Shown in pieces: positions 60,662-64,000 of a DNA stretch of 64,000 bases. The notes under the pieces were generated by a model, which did no database searches, had not been told where the DNA came from, and saw only the letters and a program-made list of their open reading frames with translations. The DNA lies in contig OZ253564.1 of the NCBI GenBank assembly GCA_965262915.1, positions 768,001 through 832,000 on the forward strand, written 5' to 3'. The stretch comes from Candidatus Spongiisociaceae bacterium (lineage in GTDB: Bacteria > Actinomycetota > Acidimicrobiia > Spongiisociales > Spongiisociaceae). Made by a program: the position numbers and the translations under genes. The number at the start of each line of letters is the position of its first letter. The stretch's first letter is position 1.

Positions 60662-63010
60662 CTAGAGATCGCCGTTGGCGGCAAGCGCGAGCAGCGCGCT
60701 GTTGACCACCTGGTCCGCCTGGAGGCCGAACCGGTCGTACAACTCCTGGATGGTTCCCGACTCACCGAAGTCATCGACCCCTAAGGGGACCACCCGTTGC
60801 CCGTAGACGGATCCCAGCCAGGCCATCGCGTGCGAGGCGGCATCGTGCACGGTGACGATCGGGGCGCGCCGGAGTTGCGGGGGGATGAGTGCGGCCAAGT
60901 GGTGCTCGTCCACCGGCCGCCTTAGCTGCGACCGGGACTCGCGGAGGGTGCGGATCCAGCCGGTGTACAGGCGGTCGAGGCTGGTGAGCGAGAGCACCGA
61001 GGCACCGACACCTTCGGCCTCCAGCTCGTCCGCTGCGGCCAGGACTTCGGGCATGACCGACCCGCTCCCGGCCATGATCACGGGAACCAGGGTCGGGTCG
61101 GCCGGTGCTCGCAGCCGGTAGCCCCCGGCCACCACGTCGGCATGCAGGCGGTCCTCTCCTACCGATTCCAAGATCTCCCGGAAAGGTGCCTGGTCGATGG
61201 GCCGGGTGCCGAGGCGCAGGTAGGAGATGGCGCCGTCCGGGTCGGAGAGGCGGTGGAGGGCGTCGATGAGCAGCCATTCGAGCTCCTGGGCGTAGGCTGG
61301 TTCGGCGAACTCCACCCCCGGCAACTCCATCCCCACGGACGGGGTGATAGTCGACTGGTGGGCGCCGCCCTCTGGGGCCAGCGTGACCCCGGAGGGAGTG
61401 CCCACCACCACGAAGCGGCTGCCGTTGTAGGTGCCGTAGACGAAGGCGTCGAGGCCGCGGAGGACGAAGGGGTCGTAGACGGTGCCGATCGGCAGCAGCA
61501 TCTCGCCGTGGTGGTCATGCGAGAGACCCAACTGGCCGAGCAGCATGAACAGGTTCATCTCCGAGATTCCCAACTCTACGTGGTGGCCGTCGGGTCCCGG
61601 TTTCCAGCGCAGCAGCGTCTCGGCTGCCGAGTAGTCGGGCCGGTACTCGGGCGAGAAGACTCCGGCCTTGTTGATCCAGCCGCCCAGGTTGGTCGATATG
61701 GCTACGTCCGGGGATGCAGTCACCAGCCGCTCGGCCACTCCCTCGACGCCGGCAAGCCGTACCAGCACCCTCCCGAAAGCGTCCTGGGTCGATACCGGCC
61801 TGGCCGTTGCCCCGGCATGGGCGAACGTCCCGACCGTGGCGGGAAGGGGCAGCGCGGGTCGGGGCGGTGTGGGGAGGTTGTTGATCTCGCTCCCTACCCA
61901 CTCGCACAGCCGTCCGGCGGGAGTGTCGGGATCGAACCGATCCCATTCGGTCTCGGGGCTCAGCCCCGTGCGGGCGCGGAGATCATCGATCTGGATCCGG
62001 GTGAGGAGGGCCGCATGGTTGAGCGGATCGCCGGCGAAGGGCAGACCGTATCCCTTGACGGTGTAGGCGAACACGATACTGGGACGATCGGGCTCGGCGT
62101 CGCAGGCCCGGAAGCACCTGACCAGTTCCACCAGGTCATGTCCGCCGAGGTCGTGAACGACCGACGGGAGATCCTCGTCCCTCACCCCGGCGATGGTTTC
62201 CGCCACACCCCTGGCAGCGCCCTCCAGGAAGTGATCCCGCAGTTCGGAGCCACTCAGCCGGAAGAGGCTCTGGTAGTGCTCGTTGGACATACCGTCGATG
62301 TGGCGGCGCAACACCATGCCACCCGGGCGGTCGAAGAGTCCCTGGATGCGCCGCCCGTACTTGGCCTGGGTGACGTGCCAGCCGGCTGCTGCGAAAGCAT
62401 TGACCATCCGGCCCACCGCTATGTCCGGAACCACCCGGTCGAGGCTCTGGCGGTTGGCGTCCACCACCAGCATCACGTTGCCCAAGCCGGCCAGGGCCGG
62501 CTCGACTATCGCCTCCCAGACATTTCCCTCGTCCAGTTCCGCGTCGCCCACCAGCGCTATGAAGCGGGCCGGGTCCTGGGAGCCGAACTTGGTCTCGACG
62601 TAGCGGCGGGTGGCCGCCGAGAACAGCGGCGCCACCGCACCCAGGCCTACCGAGCCGGTCGAGAAGTCGGCCACGTCTGGATCCTTGGTCCGGGACGGAT
62701 AGGCCTGCAACCCGCCCAGGCGTCGCAGTCGAGTGAGATACGAGCGGTCCAACTCGCCGGTCAGATACTTGATGGCGTGGTACACGGGGGAGGCGTGGGG
62801 TTTGACGGCCACCTTGTCGTTGCCGCCGATATGGCTGAACCACAGAGCGGTCATGACCGACACCAGGGATGCGGACGAAGCCTGGTGTCCTCCCACCTTG
62901 ATCTCGGTGCTGCTGTCCCGGTTGACGTGGTCGACCATCCTTACAGCCAGCCAGAGCACCCGCTGTTCTATCTGTTTGAGCGTTTTCTCATCGACAGCAG
63001 GAAGCGTCAT
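60662..63010 (-). CDS. AceE-like pyruvate/2-oxoacid dehydrogenase E1 (transketolase-like ThDP enzyme)
   Basis: KVGGHQASSAS, LQAYPS, STGSVGLG, GDAELDEGN, ELGISEMN, PEGGAHQS. Confidence 0.88.
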   Translation of the reverse strand: MTLPAVDEKTLKQIEQRVLWLAVRMVDHVNRDSSTEIKVGGHQASSASLVSVMTALWFSHIGGNDKVAVKPHASPVYHAIKYLTGELDRSYLTRLRRLGGLQAYPSRTKDPDVADFSTGSVGLGAVAPLFSAATRRYVETKFGSQDPARFIALVGDAELDEGNVWEAIVEPALAGLGNVMLVVDANRQSLDRVVPDIAVGRMVNAFAAAGWHVTQAKYGRRIQGLFDRPGGMVLRRHIDGMSNEHYQSLFRLSGSELRDHFLEGAARGVAETIAGVRDEDLPSVVHDLGGHDLVELVRCFRACDAEPDRPSIVFAYTVKGYGLPFAGDPLNHAALLTRIQIDDLRARTGLSPETEWDRFDPDTPAGRLCEWVGSEINNLPTPPRPALPLPATVGTFAHAGATARPVSTQDAFGRVLVRLAGVEGVAERLVTASPDVAISTNLGGWINKAGVFSPEYRPDYSAAETLLRWKPGPDGHHVELGISEMNLFMLLGQLGLSHDHHGEMLLPIGTVYDPFVLRGLDAFVYGTYNGSRFVVVGTPSGVTLAPEGGAHQSTITPSVGMELPGVEFAEPAYAQELEWLLIDALHRLSDPDGAISYLRLGTRPIDQAPFREILESVGEDRLHADVVAGGYRLRAPADPTLVPVIMAGSGSVMPEVLAAADELEAEGVGASVLSLTSLDRLYTGWIRTLRESRSQLRRPVDEHHLAALIPPQLRRAPIVTVHDAASHAMAWLGSVYGQRVVPLGVDDFGESGTIQELYDRFGLQADQVVNSALLALAANGDL

Positions 63011-63687
63011 CACTGATCGGCGATGTAGGAGACGTAGATACGCCTGATGTCTCTGGCCGAGAGAATCATGCGATGAACCTCATCCGGAACCTCGGAAAGG
63101 TTGCCCTCAGTATCGAATATTGCTAGAGGCTTATCAAGGATAATATCACGGTTCGGATTGTCGTCAGGATCCGTATTGAACCAGGCTAGGTTGCCAGATA
63201 TGTAGCTTCTATCGTGTAGCTCACAGATGACAAAACGGACGGATAAATTCTTAGGTACATTAGCTTCGAAGGCATAATACCACCCGGACGTCTCAGCAAA
63301 GGCAGGAGCGAGGACTGGTGATAGGTAGCTAAGCGGCCATAGTTTATGTGCAAGGGCTGATAGTATGGAAGCACTGGATAGTAGGCCAATCAGCCAGGCA
63401 GTAACGTATAGGAGCCGCGAGTCGTCCAGTAGAATGTATGCATTCGGATCCCGTATCAAATGCGAGAGACTGGGAGAGTGGTCACTGACCAGTGGGATTA
63501 GCCGTACTACACCGTAGAAAACCAGTATTGTAGTATTGGCGACCGCGGCAACGACTATGAGTCCTGCTGCCTCCATTGTTCGAGATAACCGCCGTGTCGG
63601 AAAGCGCCGTTTCCTGAGGACGTAGTGAACATAACCAGGGATGAAAATGAGGATTGTTATCAGCAGCCCAGTCAGCGAACTAGGCAA
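63010..63687 (-). CDS. DUF6338-like membrane protein (lower GC)
   Basis: FIPGY, three TM helices, SGWYYAF..YISG....NRDIIL; TGATG overlap with the E1 gene. Confidence 0.65.
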   Translation of the reverse strand: MPSSLTGLLITILIFIPGYVHYVLRKRRFPTRRLSRTMEAAGLIVVAAVANTTILVFYGVVRLIPLVSDHSPSLSHLIRDPNAYILLDDSRLLYVTAWLIGLLSSASILSALAHKLWPLSYLSPVLAPAFAETSGWYYAFEANVPKNLSVRFVICELHDRSYISGNLAWFNTDPDDNPNRDIILDKPLAIFDTEGNLSEVPDEVHRMILSARDIRRIYVSYIADQ

Positions 63688-63730
63688 CAGCCACTCCTCT
63701 GCCGATCACGTGTAGAGAGCGGGATTCGCC

Positions 63731-63910
63731 TCAGGTCCCGGTTCTGGGCGGGCGTATCGCGGTTACTAGGGCTCTCACAATGTCTGACGGGTCGGGTCGT
63801 TGCGAAATCGGCTTAGGAGGCGGAGGCGCGTTCTTCGGCGCCATGCCACCCGTCTCGATCACCTCGTATCGGTCTCGAACCCGGGCGTGAAACTTCTTCT
63901 TGCGGGCCAT
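63731..63910 (-). CDS. Small basic Pro-rich 59-aa ORF upstream of the DUF6338-like gene
   Basis: MARKKKFHARVRDRYEVIETGGMAPKNAPPPPKPISQRPDPSDIVRALVTAIRPPRTGT*. Confidence 0.4.
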   Translation of the reverse strand: MARKKKFHARVRDRYEVIETGGMAPKNAPPPPKPISQRPDPSDIVRALVTAIRPPRTGT

Positions 63911-63964
63911 GGTCCGAGCTTAGCAGAGCGCCGACGTAACCCCCTACGAGAGACGTTGAGGCTG

Positions 63965-64000
63965 CTTCCGCCAGAGATGCATAATCTTCTCTGGCGGAAG
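63965..64000. repeat. Perfect 13-bp inverted repeat at the window edge
   Basis: CTTCCGCCAGAGA-N10-TCTCTGGCGGAAG. Confidence 0.7.

Noticed and set aside
8327-63016. Long antisense or alternate-frame ORFs (e.g. 8327-9586, 11593-12891, 39606-41288, 61142-63016)
   Set aside because: They are shadows of well-supported genes in high-GC DNA and carry no motifs.

Overview
This is a high-GC bacterial window, probably Actinomycetota/Acidimicrobiia and possibly a marine or sponge symbiont. That is inferred from SLH-anchored cadherin/FN3, PD40 and SpoIID surface proteins and actinobacterial-type lipoprotein SBPs. The region is accessory and mosaic: catabolic and ABC-transport clusters (one sugar ABC, two dpp/opp ABCs, many amidohydrolases) alternate with defence and toxin-antitoxin genes (Type ISP R-M, two HipA-like kinase pairs, an Abi_2/AbiF-like HEPN gene, AAA-ATPase+DUF4276, Fic, a Schlafen remnant). 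It also holds two ISL3 copies with 8-bp target duplications, IS110/IS3 remnants and a MITE. No rRNA, tRNA or CRISPR-cas was seen. Two observations stand out. (1) A Type ISP R-M gene has three tandem variant ~40-aa specificity-region cassettes, one in each reading frame, behind a (CCGA)13 repeat and joined by ATGA stop/start overlaps, so it may be a three-state phase-variable specificity switch. (2) An AbiF-like HEPN gene is preceded by two ~75-nt structured direct repeats around a 54-nt spacer, which may be a tandem RNA antitoxin or mini-array. All family calls come from motif recognition by eye. Some frameshifts may be assembly errors.
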